A DNA stretch of 24,000 nucleotides from contig JAAXIO010000050.1 in the NCBI GenBank assembly GCA_012270305.1, positions 9,078 to 33,077 on the forward strand, given 5' to 3'. The position numbers and the translations under genes are program-made. Shown here one piece after another: positions 1 to 7,782 of the stretch (positions are counted from its first letter, which is position 1; each line of letters starts with the position of its first letter). Source of the stretch: Candidatus Saccharimonadota bacterium. GTDB lineage: Bacteria; Patescibacteriota; Saccharimonadia; Saccharimonadales; Saccharimonadaceae. The notes beneath the pieces were generated by a model. It was not told the origin of the DNA and made no database searches. It saw nothing but the letters and a program-made list of their open reading frames with translations.

Positions 1-515
1 TTCCAGGCACTCACAATCATGCGACGTGAGTCTGGCGTGGTTTTGATCATGTCGATGACATTACCGATTTGATCAATTTTTTGGCCGTTCGCACCAGGCC
101 AGGCGCGCCACTGGACACCATATACCGGGCCTAAATCTCCCCATTTCATTGCAAAGTCATGGTCACTTGCTACCTTAGCTATGAAATCTTTCAGCTGAGT
201 CTTCCACTCTTCAGAGTCCACTTCGGGAATAGGTAGGTTATTTTTTTCAAGGTACGCCTTAAATGGCCACTCGTCCCATATATGTACATTGTTTTGTGCT
301 AAGTATTCAATATTACCGGTGCCTTTTAAAAACCAGAGTAGCTCGTGTACTACAGAATTAAAATACAGTTTTTTTGTAGTAACTGCTGGAAATCCATCGG
401 ATAGATCGTATCGTACTTGCCTACCAAACACACTGCGGGTGCCAGTTCCGGTACGGTCGGATTTATCTATGCCATTGTTTAGTATATCTGTAAGTAATTC
501 GTGGTATTGTTTCAC
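1..515 (-). CDS. thyA: Thymidylate synthase ThyA, N-terminal ~171 codons; the 3' end runs off the left edge
   Basis: Absent from the ORF track because it has no in-window stop. My own minus-strand translation from GTG at 515 gives [80 protein letters not shown], which are canonical ThyA motifs. AGGGGA lies 9 nt upstream of the GTG. Confidence 0.9.
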   Translation of the reverse strand, partial: MKQYHELLTDILNNGIDKSDRTGTGTRSVFGRQVRYDLSDGFPAVTTKKLYFNSVVHELLWFLKGTGNIEYLAQNNVHIWDEWPFKAYLEKNNLPIPEVDSEEWKTQLKDFIAKVASDHDFAMKWGDLGPVYGVQWRAWPGANGQKIDQIGNVIDMIKTTPDSRRMIVSAW

Positions 516-534
516 AGTCTCGTGTCCCCTGTCT

Positions 535-1383
535 TTATTCCACTATACCACGAGATTTAAGTAGCTGATCAACAGCAATAAACGTGTCGACTGTACCAAA
601 TTGTTGAGCTACCCGTGTAACTTGTTTAGTATGTTCGAGGGGTTCATTCCAGGCATATGCGGGCATATAGATGAGAGTGTCTTCGGCGCTTTCGACGTAT
701 TGTTCTGCATGGTGCCGAGCGTCTTCAATGGCTATCGTTGGTGTGTCGTGGAGCGAAAAGCCGGTGTAATCATAAATAGTCTGTTTAGTATGTGAAAGTA
801 TACCTGCTTTTGTAAGTGTGCCGTTACCATCGTAATTTCGCGGGAATAAGATCCCCCTGAATGAATCAGCATAGTGCTGCGCTAAAAACTCAGTTGTACT
901 TAGTTCGCAGCCCGGCAATGTTGATGTGTTGGCAATAACATATACTCCCGCTTGTCGCCAGCGTTGTAGCAGTGCTTGAATTGACTGAGCGTACGGTACG
1001 GCTTTTACAGCCTGCGCACCCATTAGTTGCGGTAGCATTAATTCGCGCGAGAGCTGTTCACGACTGCCCAGATAGCCGTCACCATAGTACACTCCATAAT
1101 CATGGCTTGTTGCGTCAGTCTCCTCGGTATACATCCTGGTGATTGATGGCCCTGTTTCACGTAGTACTTCGCACAAGTCTAGTGAGATTATAGCGCTAGG
1201 TTGTTCTGTAGGTAGTTCACAAACCCCAAGCACTTGTGGAAGCGTGACCATGTCTGCATTTGCATGAAAACTATTCCAGATATCGAGAAGCTCGTAGCTG
1301 TCCGGAATGTCTGAAGCATCAATAGGATGAGTATCTAATGTCCATAATTGAGCCTCATTCGGTCTAGGGGTATGTTCGGTCAT
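535..1383 (-). CDS. Hypothetical protein, 282 aa. A weak HAD/nucleotidase-like impression only ([15 protein letters not shown]); no clean DxD motif.
   Basis: Long ORF packed 19 nt upstream of thyA. A -10 box lies 8 nt upstream of its ATG. No family motif that I can name with confidence. Confidence 0.55.
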   Translation of the reverse strand: MTEHTPRPNEAQLWTLDTHPIDASDIPDSYELLDIWNSFHANADMVTLPQVLGVCELPTEQPSAIISLDLCEVLRETGPSITRMYTEETDATSHDYGVYYGDGYLGSREQLSRELMLPQLMGAQAVKAVPYAQSIQALLQRWRQAGVYVIANTSTLPGCELSTTEFLAQHYADSFRGILFPRNYDGNGTLTKAGILSHTKQTIYDYTGFSLHDTPTIAIEDARHHAEQYVESAEDTLIYMPAYAWNEPLEHTKQVTRVAQQFGTVDTFIAVDQLLKSRGIVE

Positions 1384-1391
1384 GTGTTTTT

Positions 1392-1400
1392 ATTATACCA
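1392..1400 (-). promoter_or_regulatory. Extended -10 box TGgTATAAT, 8 nt upstream of ATG 1383 (leaderless-type)
   Basis: Minus strand reads ttgGTATAATaaaaacacATG, and there is no SD in the gap. Confidence 0.4.
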
Positions 1401-1402
1401 AT

Positions 1403-1434
1403 AAAAAATGCACCCTAGGTCAAGGTGCATTTTT
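1403..1434. terminator. Rho-independent terminator downstream of rplA (bidirectional shape)
   Basis: AAAAA-ATGCACC-ctaggtcaa-GGTGCAT-TTTT. This is a 7-bp stem and 9-nt loop, with a U-run on the minus-strand reading. Confidence 0.6.
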
Positions 1435-1450
1435 GTATATTCGCAGTATT

Positions 1451-2422
1451 TTAGTTAACTACGTTCTCTACTTTTATGCCAGGTCCCATTGTAGTGGTGA
1501 TAGCGGTAGATTTTACGTACCCACCTTTGAGAGTGCTAGGCTTTTGAGCTTGCAGGCTATCAAAGAATGCTTTGGCATTCTGGTGTAGCTTTTCGGCACC
1601 AAATGAAACCTTACCAATGCTTAGGTGTACAATAGCCTGCTTATCTACGCGGTATTCAACTTTACCAGCCTTAGCCTCTGTAACTGCCTTTGCTACATCG
1701 GTTGCAACCGTGCCACTCTTAGGGTTTGGCATTAAACCACGAGGGCCAAGCAAGCGTGCGTATTTACCAAGCTTAGGCATGTACTGCGGAGTAGCCACAA
1801 GAACATCAAAGTTCAACTCTTCTTTATCGAGCTGCTTAATGAACTCATCGTCACCTACAATATCAGCACCGGCTTTTTTAGCGGCTGCGTGGTCACCTTC
1901 GGGTGCAAACACAGCTACGCGAACAGTTTTACCAGAACCATTAGGTAGCACTACGGTAGAGCGAATGTTCTGGTCGGCTTGACGAGGGTCAACACCGAGG
2001 CGTACGTGGACTTCTACGCTCGCATCAAACTTAACAGGGTTAGTTTTTACAGCAAGATCAAGTGCTTCTGATAGCGGATATACTTTGCCAGCTTCTAGCT
2101 GTTCGGCTACCTTACGGTAGTTTTTACCGCGGCGCTCTAGCTTTGAGCGAACCTTGGGAGCAGGACCCTTTTTTCGCACTTCTTCTGTTCCGTCAAGTGG
2201 TGTAGTGTCGCCTGCTTCTTTGCGAGCTTCTTTTTCGGCCTTGGCTTCGGCTTCATCGATTGCTTTTTGACTTCGCTTGCCAGCTTTCGCTGGAGCAGCT
2301 TCTTTTACTTCGTGCTTCTCAGCTGTCGCAATCGCTTCTTCGATTTCAGCGATTGTATTCTTTTCTGAAACTTCTAGCTTCAGTTCTGCTGCTTTTTCGA
2401 GCAACTCGGCTTTCTTTGCCAT
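1451..2422 (-). CDS. rplA: 50S ribosomal protein L1 with a ~95-aa Lys/Glu/Ala-rich N-terminal extension
   Basis: The C-terminal ~225 aa carry L1 motifs (GKNYRKV.., VEVHVRLGVDPRQADQ, VLPNGSGK, GPRGLMPNPKSGTV). SD AAAGGA lies 9 nt upstream of ATG 2422. Confidence 0.9.
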   Translation of the reverse strand: MAKKAELLEKAAELKLEVSEKNTIAEIEEAIATAEKHEVKEAAPAKAGKRSQKAIDEAEAKAEKEARKEAGDTTPLDGTEEVRKKGPAPKVRSKLERRGKNYRKVAEQLEAGKVYPLSEALDLAVKTNPVKFDASVEVHVRLGVDPRQADQNIRSTVVLPNGSGKTVRVAVFAPEGDHAAAKKAGADIVGDDEFIKQLDKEELNFDVLVATPQYMPKLGKYARLLGPRGLMPNPKSGTVATDVAKAVTEAKAGKVEYRVDKQAIVHLSIGKVSFGAEKLHQNAKAFFDSLQAQKPSTLKGGYVKSTAITTTMGPGIKVENVVN

Positions 2423-2450
2423 AGGTAATAATCCTTTCTGTGGTACAAGC

Positions 2451-2480
2451 GGACGGAGTATATATACTCATTGTCCTCCC
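2451..2480 (-). promoter_or_regulatory. Structured element in the rplA 5' leader (candidate L1 autoregulatory site)
   Basis: Minus-strand RNA reads GGGAGGAC-aau-GAGUAUAUAUACUC-c-GUCC. A perfect 14-nt palindrome (2456-2469) is nested inside a GGAC/GUCC stem. Confidence 0.3.
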
Positions 2481-2501
2481 AGCATTGATAGTTGTGAGAT
2501 T

Positions 2502-2510
2502 ATTATAGCA
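2502..2510 (-). promoter_or_regulatory. Extended -10 box TGcTATAAT for rplA (leader of about 70 nt)
   Basis: Minus strand reads tttaTGcTATAATa. The same 14-mer TTTATGCTATAATA recurs at 13524-13537. Confidence 0.5.
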
Positions 2511-2541
2511 TAAACTCTCTACTGGAGCAATTTGAGACTGG

Positions 2542-3582
2542 CTAGTCTACTGCTTCAGCTCGTGAAGCGGCTATTGAACTTACTACCGATAAGCTTATGA
2601 TAATCAATCCGGCAACACCAGCAATAATTTCAGGAATATCGAAGAATATGCCAGTAAGTAACACCGTGGCTAATACACCGATTGTGTAGTGCGCTCCATG
2701 CTCTAAGTATCTATAGGCATGTAGTACCTTATGCTCTACCATAAAAATGGTCAGGCTTCGTACCCACAAGGCCCCTATCCCAAGTCCAATGGCAATGAGT
2801 ACTACGTCTTTTGTAACGGCAAATGCGCCGATGACGCCGTCAAAACTAAAACTGGCATCGAGTACTTCTAAGTATAGAAATGCCATAAAGCCTGCCATGC
2901 CAGTTTTCAACACCGCATCACCGGCTTTTTGCTCCTGTGACTTAGCGAATAACTCTGCGAGGCCATGTATTAGTACGTATGTGATAATACCAACCAGTCC
3001 TGCAATAAATGTTTCTTGCGGGTCATGATTGGCCGGCAATAGTGTAAGTACAACGAGAATCATTAGGCTTGTAGCTGTATATAGCCACCATCGGCTCATA
3101 TTCTGTAATGGTTTTTCAATAATGTTAATCCAATGAATTTTTCGTTTCGCATCAAAAAAGAAATGCAGACACAACATAAGAAGAAACATTCCACCAAATG
3201 CAGCGATTGATACGTGGGCTTCGTTTAGCTCCGCAGCGTATAAGTTTGGGTTGTTCAGTGCCAGATCGACAACCGCCCCCATCGGTAGCCCTGCGGTGAC
3301 GGCTACTATGACAATCGGGAATACGAGGCGCATACCAACGACAGCAATTAGTATGCCTATAGTAATAAAAATTTTTCGCCAGAACTCGCTTACACCAGAT
3401 AGTACTTTGGCATTAATAATAGCGTTTTCAAAGCTAAACGTGATTTCTACTAAAATAAGCACGGCGGCGACAAAAAGCGCTTCAGGCCCTAAGAAACCGC
3501 CAACACCCGCTAGGCTGAGAATGGTAATGAGTGCGCTAATGAAAAATATACGAACAGGATGTTTTTTTGGTGTTCTAGACAT
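2542..3582 (-). CDS. Polytopic integral membrane protein, DUF475/TerC-like
   Basis: 346 aa and very hydrophobic. It has paired motifs EITFSFENAIINAKVL and LDASFSFDGVIGAFAVT, which I recall as typical of DUF475. Confidence 0.6.
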   Translation of the reverse strand: MSRTPKKHPVRIFFISALITILSLAGVGGFLGPEALFVAAVLILVEITFSFENAIINAKVLSGVSEFWRKIFITIGILIAVVGMRLVFPIVIVAVTAGLPMGAVVDLALNNPNLYAAELNEAHVSIAAFGGMFLLMLCLHFFFDAKRKIHWINIIEKPLQNMSRWWLYTATSLMILVVLTLLPANHDPQETFIAGLVGIITYVLIHGLAELFAKSQEQKAGDAVLKTGMAGFMAFLYLEVLDASFSFDGVIGAFAVTKDVVLIAIGLGIGALWVRSLTIFMVEHKVLHAYRYLEHGAHYTIGVLATVLLTGIFFDIPEIIAGVAGLIIISLSVVSSIAASRAEAVD

Positions 3583-3591
3583 ATGGTAATA

Positions 3592-3597
3592 AGTATA
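3592..3597 (-). promoter_or_regulatory. -10 box TATACT, 9 nt upstream of ATG 3582
   Basis: Minus strand reads cagcTATACTtattaccatATG, with no SD. Confidence 0.35.
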
Positions 3598-3732
3598 GCT
3601 GATAACGTGTAGACTGCACTATAGCTGCTCTGTGTTGAATTTGGTACTTTAAGCAATTGTTGATGTAGCTGGCTAGGTATAGCCCAGCTCTCATTGACTG
3701 AAGTTGGTTTGGCCATACGTAGCCATGTGGTT

Positions 3733-3738
3733 TATACT
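3733..3738 (+). promoter_or_regulatory. -10 box TATACT, 8 nt upstream of ATG 3747
   Basis: The sequence is ggttTATACTagaaatacATG, with no SD. Confidence 0.3.
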
Positions 3739-3746
3739 AGAAATAC

Positions 3747-5945
3747 ATGCGTTCGTACAAACTAGTCGTAGTATCAAATCGACTACCCGTAAGTGTCTCA
3801 AAACGTGATGGCGAGTTGGTGTTTGAAGCTAGCTCAGGTGGCCTAGCTACAGCAATGTCATCACTTGATCAACCTGAAAGAATCTGGGTTGGCTGGCCTG
3901 GTATTGCCTCCGATGACTTAACCGCAGCGGACAAACGGCATATTACAACTGAATTAGCCAAACACGATTGCTATCCGGTCTATTTAACAAAAGAGCAGAT
4001 TGAGCTCTTTTATGAAGGCTACTCTAACGATACACTATGGCCACTGTTTCATTATTTTCAGTCACTCACTCGGCATAAAGACGAGTATTGGCAGGCCTAC
4101 GTATCTGTAAATAAATTATATAGCGCTGCGGTGCAGAAAGTTGCGTCGTCTACCAGTTCTGTTTGGGTGCATGATTACCAACTTATGCTTTTGCCAGGTA
4201 TGTTGAGAGCGGCAATCCCACAAAGCGCGATTGGATTCTTTCTGCATATACCCTTTCCGTCTTTTGAAATTTACCGTTTACTACCCCAGCGCAAAGAGCT
4301 GCTGGAAGGGTTGCTCGGTAGCGACTTAATTGGATTCCATATTTTTGACTATGCGAGGCATTTCCTATCAAGCACGCTTCGGTTGCTCGGAGTAAGTAAT
4401 CAACAGGGTATGTTGGAATATCAGGGGCGAACAATTAAAACCGACGCATACCCTATCGGTATAGACTACGAGAAATTCAAGCACACACTGAGCAACCCTG
4501 AGACAAAAGATGCAATGAGTTCTCTATCTCAGCATTATAAGGGAATGAAGCTGATTCTATCGGTTGACCGGCTAGATTATACAAAAGGAATTATAGAACG
4601 ACTTGATGCGTTCAAATGTTTTCTTGATACCTACCCTAAGTGGCGCGGTAAAGTAAAGCTTATTATGGTGGCGGTGCCATCGCGAACTGATGTTGGCACA
4701 TATCAGCAGCTGCGCGATCGTATTGAACAAGCCGTGAGTCGAATTAATGGGGAGTTTGGAACGGTAGACTGGACTCCAATTTCGTATCAATTTCAAAATC
4801 GCCCATTTGCTGAAGTTGTTGCGCTATATGCAAGCGCAGATGTTGCATTAGTTACTCCTATACGCGACGGTATGAACTTAGTAGCGAAAGAATACATTGC
4901 GTCGAAGCAAAACCGACCTGGCGTATTGCTACTCAGCGAAATGACTGGTGCTATTGATGAGCTACCGGAAGCACTGAGTATTAACCCGCATAACACAAGG
5001 TCTGTTGCTGAATCGATGAATGAGGCGCTTACAATGAATAAGCGCGAGCAGCAACGACGCATGAGAGATATGCAGCGCCGACTTAAATCATATACGGTGC
5101 AAACTTGGGGCCGTGAGTTCATGGGCGACCTTGAAGCAACGGCACATAGCCGCGGTAAACATTATCGTAAACACATGAAGGGCGAACACAGAAATGAGGT
5201 TCTAGATGCATATGCAAAAGCGACTTCTCGATTAATCATCCTTGATTACGACGGAACGCTAAAAGACTTTGTTGCAAGCCCGCGTGCGTTGTTAGCAAAG
5301 CCGTCATTAAAACTTCGTAGGCTTATTAAGAGGTTAGTAGATGATGAGCGCAATCATGTAGCAATCGTTAGTGGACGCCCTAAAAAAGCACTTGATAAAT
5401 GGTTTAAGGGCATCGATGTCACGCTCATTGCAGAACACGGCGCTTGGTCGAAATACGACGGCAGATGGTCGCGTGTTGAGAGTGGCTTTCCGTCGACTAA
5501 GAAAAAGCTAAAGCCTATTTTAGAAAAATATGTTTCTAGAACGGCCGGAGCCGAAATCGAAGAAAAAGACTACTCGTTAGTATGGCACTATCGTAACGTC
5601 ACGCCAGAGCTTGCCTACGTACGAGCCGGTGAATTAAAAAGAGAATTAATTCATGCAATTGACGACGATGAGATTGGTGTATATACCGGTGATAAGATTA
5701 TCGAGGTGAAACCAGTAGAAATAAGTAAAGGTGCCGCCGCAAGTGAGCTTGATGCAATTTACGAGCCAGACTTTACTCTGGTAGCTGGTGACGATTACAC
5801 TGATGAGGATATGTTTAGGGAGCTCGCACACCAAGCTGTTACTGTTAAGGTTGGACCGGGGCATACTCGTGCGCGGTATCGATTGAACACCGTTGCTGAG
5901 ATGAATCAGTTACTCGAAGAGTTATCGAGACAGAAGAATAATTAA
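3747..5945 (+). CDS. otsAB: Bifunctional trehalose-6-phosphate synthase (GT20, OtsA-like) fused to trehalose-6-phosphate phosphatase (HAD, OtsB-like)
   Basis: N-terminal motifs: VVSNRLP, GGLATAM, WVGWPG, FYEGYSNDTLWPLFHYF, VWVHDYQLMLLP, LHIPFPSFEIYRLLP, DLIGFH, LSVDRLDYTKGI, PIRDGMNLVAKEY. The C-terminal ~250 aa carry LDYDGTL, SGR and GDDxTDEDMF HAD motifs. Confidence 0.9.
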   Translation: MRSYKLVVVSNRLPVSVSKRDGELVFEASSGGLATAMSSLDQPERIWVGWPGIASDDLTAADKRHITTELAKHDCYPVYLTKEQIELFYEGYSNDTLWPLFHYFQSLTRHKDEYWQAYVSVNKLYSAAVQKVASSTSSVWVHDYQLMLLPGMLRAAIPQSAIGFFLHIPFPSFEIYRLLPQRKELLEGLLGSDLIGFHIFDYARHFLSSTLRLLGVSNQQGMLEYQGRTIKTDAYPIGIDYEKFKHTLSNPETKDAMSSLSQHYKGMKLILSVDRLDYTKGIIERLDAFKCFLDTYPKWRGKVKLIMVAVPSRTDVGTYQQLRDRIEQAVSRINGEFGTVDWTPISYQFQNRPFAEVVALYASADVALVTPIRDGMNLVAKEYIASKQNRPGVLLLSEMTGAIDELPEALSINPHNTRSVAESMNEALTMNKREQQRRMRDMQRRLKSYTVQTWGREFMGDLEATAHSRGKHYRKHMKGEHRNEVLDAYAKATSRLIILDYDGTLKDFVASPRALLAKPSLKLRRLIKRLVDDERNHVAIVSGRPKKALDKWFKGIDVTLIAEHGAWSKYDGRWSRVESGFPSTKKKLKPILEKYVSRTAGAEIEEKDYSLVWHYRNVTPELAYVRAGELKRELIHAIDDDEIGVYTGDKIIEVKPVEISKGAAASELDAIYEPDFTLVAGDDYTDEDMFRELAHQAVTVKVGPGHTRARYRLNTVAEMNQLLEELSRQKNN

Positions 5946-5960
5946 TTAGTTATGCATAAA

Positions 5961-5989
5961 AAACACCCGCTACGAATAGGCGGGTGTTT
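5961..5989. terminator. Bidirectional terminator between convergent otsAB and rplK
   Basis: AAACACCCGC-tacgaatag-GCGGGTGTTT is a 10-bp stem. An A-run sits upstream, giving a U-run for the minus-strand rplK transcript. Confidence 0.7.
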
Positions 5990-6010
5990 AATAGTGTAGT
6001 CAGCGAAAGT

Positions 6011-6436
6011 TTATTCAGTTACTTCTACGCCCATTGAGCGCGCTGTACCAGCAATAACTTTTACTGCGCCATCAAGGTCGATTGCATTGAGTTGGCCGCG
6101 CTTTGCTTCGGCAATTTCCTCAAGCTGTGCACGAGTGATTTTACCAACTTTTTCTGAGTGAGGCTTACCGCTGCCCTTTTGGATGCCAACTTTTTCACGA
6201 ATCATGTCATCTACTGGTTGACCAAGACTCTTCCAGGTAAATGAACGATCTTCAAATACCTTAACGTGTACAATTACATCTTTGCCCATTAGGTCTTTGG
6301 TTGCGTCGTTAAAAGGGTTGATGAAATCCATCATGTTAAGCCCCCACTGACCCAGAATTGAACCTACCGGAGGACCGGCGGTAGCACGACCAGCTGGAAT
6401 GCGTAATTTAAGATTACCAATTACTTTTTTTGCCAT
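6011..6436 (-). CDS. rplK: 50S ribosomal protein L11
   Basis: 141 aa with PAGRATAGPPVGSILGQWGLNMMDF and a typical L11 C-terminal domain. SD AAGGAA lies upstream. Confidence 0.95.
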   Translation of the reverse strand: MAKKVIGNLKLRIPAGRATAGPPVGSILGQWGLNMMDFINPFNDATKDLMGKDVIVHVKVFEDRSFTWKSLGQPVDDMIREKVGIQKGSGKPHSEKVGKITRAQLEEIAEAKRGQLNAIDLDGAVKVIAGTARSMGVEVTE

Positions 6437-6497
6437 ATATTTCCTTATAGAATTACTGCTAAATTGTTGAAGCTATTTCGCAGTGCGTAACTTTAAT

Positions 6498-6506
6498 ATT
6501 ATATCA
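6498..6506 (-). promoter_or_regulatory. Extended -10 box TGaTATAAT for rplK (leader of about 55 nt)
   Basis: Minus strand reads gttagTGaTATAATatt, directly after the stop of the small upstream ORF. Confidence 0.45.
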
Positions 6507-6782
6507 CTAACAGCTTCTGCTTGCAATGGTTCCCAAAGCTCGAGCTGCGTCTTCGCGCGAAATTTTGTTTGCTTCGAGCGCTTTAAGTATGTTTCGCTGC
6601 TCGTCGCTAAGTCCACTCCAGTGATCTGATGAGGTGCTCGCTTCGTGACTAGAGCTATAGCTTTTCTGCGCACTCATGCTCAATTGCTGGGCATTTGTTG
6701 CAGCTAAGTCTCCGTCATCCCATTCCGAATAGGTGTTGATCACCGCGTCGTACTCAGCGACTTGTTGGTAAGTTTCAGCCAT
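6507..6782 (-). CDS. Small acidic/Ser-rich hypothetical protein (91 aa) inserted between nusG and rplK
   Basis: Its ATG overlaps the nusG stop (TAATG), which indicates translational coupling. No recognisable family. Confidence 0.45.
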   Translation of the reverse strand: MAETYQQVAEYDAVINTYSEWDDGDLAATNAQQLSMSAQKSYSSSHEASTSSDHWSGLSDEQRNILKALEANKISREDAARALGTIASRSC

Positions 6783-7327
6783 TAAACTTTTTTCACCTGT
6801 AGGGCATCGAGCTCAACTGGCGTGTCGCGGCCGAACATACTTACCATAACGCGAATTTTGCCTTTTACTGCATCAATTTCAGCAATCGCGCCATCGAATC
6901 CCTTGAATGGACCGTCGGTAATAGAAACTACCTCACCTGCGGTAAAGTCAATGTGGTGTTTTGGATCCTCGACACCCATTCGTTTCTTAATTTTACTTAT
7001 TTCACTCTCAGATACCGGAGTTGGCTCAGTTCCACTGCCAACGAACCCTGTGACACCTGGTGTATTACGCACGATGTACCACGTTTCATCTGTGAGCTTC
7101 ATCTCTACGAGTACATAGCCTTGAAAGATCTTGCTTTCAACGACTTTTCGCTTACCATTCTTGATTTGAATCTGCTTCTCTTTAGGAACCATTACGTCAA
7201 AAATTTTGTCAGCCATGTCAACAGCGTTAATTCGCTGGCGGATGTCGTCGCCTACTTTTTCTTCGTAGCCACTGTAGGTATGTACTGCATACCATTGGCG
7301 AGTTGAGTCATATCGATTATTTGTCAT
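6782..7327 (-). CDS. nusG: Transcription termination/antitermination factor NusG
   Basis: 181 aa with WYAVHTYSGYE, the NGN domain, and a KOW region (GEVVSITDGPFKGFDGAIAEID). Confidence 0.95.
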   Translation of the reverse strand: MTNNRYDSTRQWYAVHTYSGYEEKVGDDIRQRINAVDMADKIFDVMVPKEKQIQIKNGKRKVVESKIFQGYVLVEMKLTDETWYIVRNTPGVTGFVGSGTEPTPVSESEISKIKKRMGVEDPKHHIDFTAGEVVSITDGPFKGFDGAIAEIDAVKGKIRVMVSMFGRDTPVELDALQVKKV

Positions 7328-7348
7328 TAGTTCTTACCTTTATTGTTC

Positions 7349-7684
7349 TTACTGTAAAATTTGCTCAAATAGTAGTTTAAAGCCTGCATCTAGTAGCGTA
7401 ATCAGTACTACGAAGAAAGTGGCAAATAGAAGCACTGCCCCAGTGAGGCTCCAGGTTGCTTTACGGGTTGGCCAGTGTACTTGGCGTAGTTCTCGCCATG
7501 ATCCCTTGAAGTAGCCACCGATCTTTCCGAGTATGCCCCACGATCGTTTCTTCTTTGTAACTTCGTTCGTCGTTTTCTTTGTTTTAACTGTACTTAGCTT
7601 TCGCTTTTTTGGCGTAGTGTTAGCCACGCTCTCATCACTAGCGGTGATGCGCGTCACTTTTGTGTTGCTTTGCTTTTTAGCCAC
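7349..7684 (-). CDS. secE: Preprotein translocase subunit SecE with a Lys-rich N-terminal tail; start reassigned to GTG 7684
   Basis: The C-terminus reads ELRQVHWPTRKATW followed by a single TM. GGGAG lies 9 nt upstream of GTG 7684. The track's TTG start at 7732 falls inside the promoter/hairpin region. Confidence 0.8.
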   Translation of the reverse strand: MAKKQSNTKVTRITASDESVANTTPKKRKLSTVKTKKTTNEVTKKKRSWGILGKIGGYFKGSWRELRQVHWPTRKATWSLTGAVLLFATFFVVLITLLDAGFKLLFEQILQ

Positions 7685-7707
7685 GCGGTAATTCTCCCAA
7701 TTTAAAT

Positions 7708-7727
7708 AGTCTGCTTGAAAGCAGACT
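7708..7727. repeat. Perfect 7-bp inverted repeat AGTCTGC-ttgaaa-GCAGACT in the secE leader / divergent promoter region
   Basis: Read directly from the sequence. It could be a leader hairpin or an operator. Confidence 0.3.
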
Positions 7728-7737
7728 GTCAATACGT

Positions 7738-7767
7738 ACTATAGCTCATAAGAGGCCAATACGTCAA
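7738..7767 (-). promoter_or_regulatory. Sigma70-like promoter for secE-nusG: TTGACG, 18 nt spacer, TATAGT
   Basis: Minus strand reads TTGACGtattggcctcttatgagcTATAGT. Confidence 0.5.
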
Positions 7768-7776
7768 TGATACAAT
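7768..7776 (+). promoter_or_regulatory. Extended -10 box TGaTACAAT, 6 nt upstream of ATG 7783 (leaderless-type)
   Basis: The sequence is aaTGaTACAATgggattATG. Confidence 0.45.
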
Positions 7777-7782
7777 GGGATT

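Noticed and set aside
289-564. ORF 289..564 (plus strand, 91 aa), and the other short ORFs antisense to or out of frame with annotated genes throughout the track
   Set aside because: This one is antisense to thyA, whose minus-strand translation gives unmistakable ThyA motifs. The other short overlapping ORFs likewise fall inside well-supported genes and show low-complexity or odd composition.
6473-6673. ORF 6473..6673 (66 aa, minus strand)
   Set aside because: It is an alternative frame overlapping the nusG-coupled 91-aa ORF and the rplK promoter, with no SD or coupling signal.
7685-7732. N-terminal extensions proposed by the ORF track: secE TTG 7732, the 12149 start, RluA-family TTG 23681 and GC-ORF ATG 13405
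   Set aside because: In each case a downstream start has a proper SD, while the upstream extension overlaps a promoter box, a leader stem or the preceding gene.
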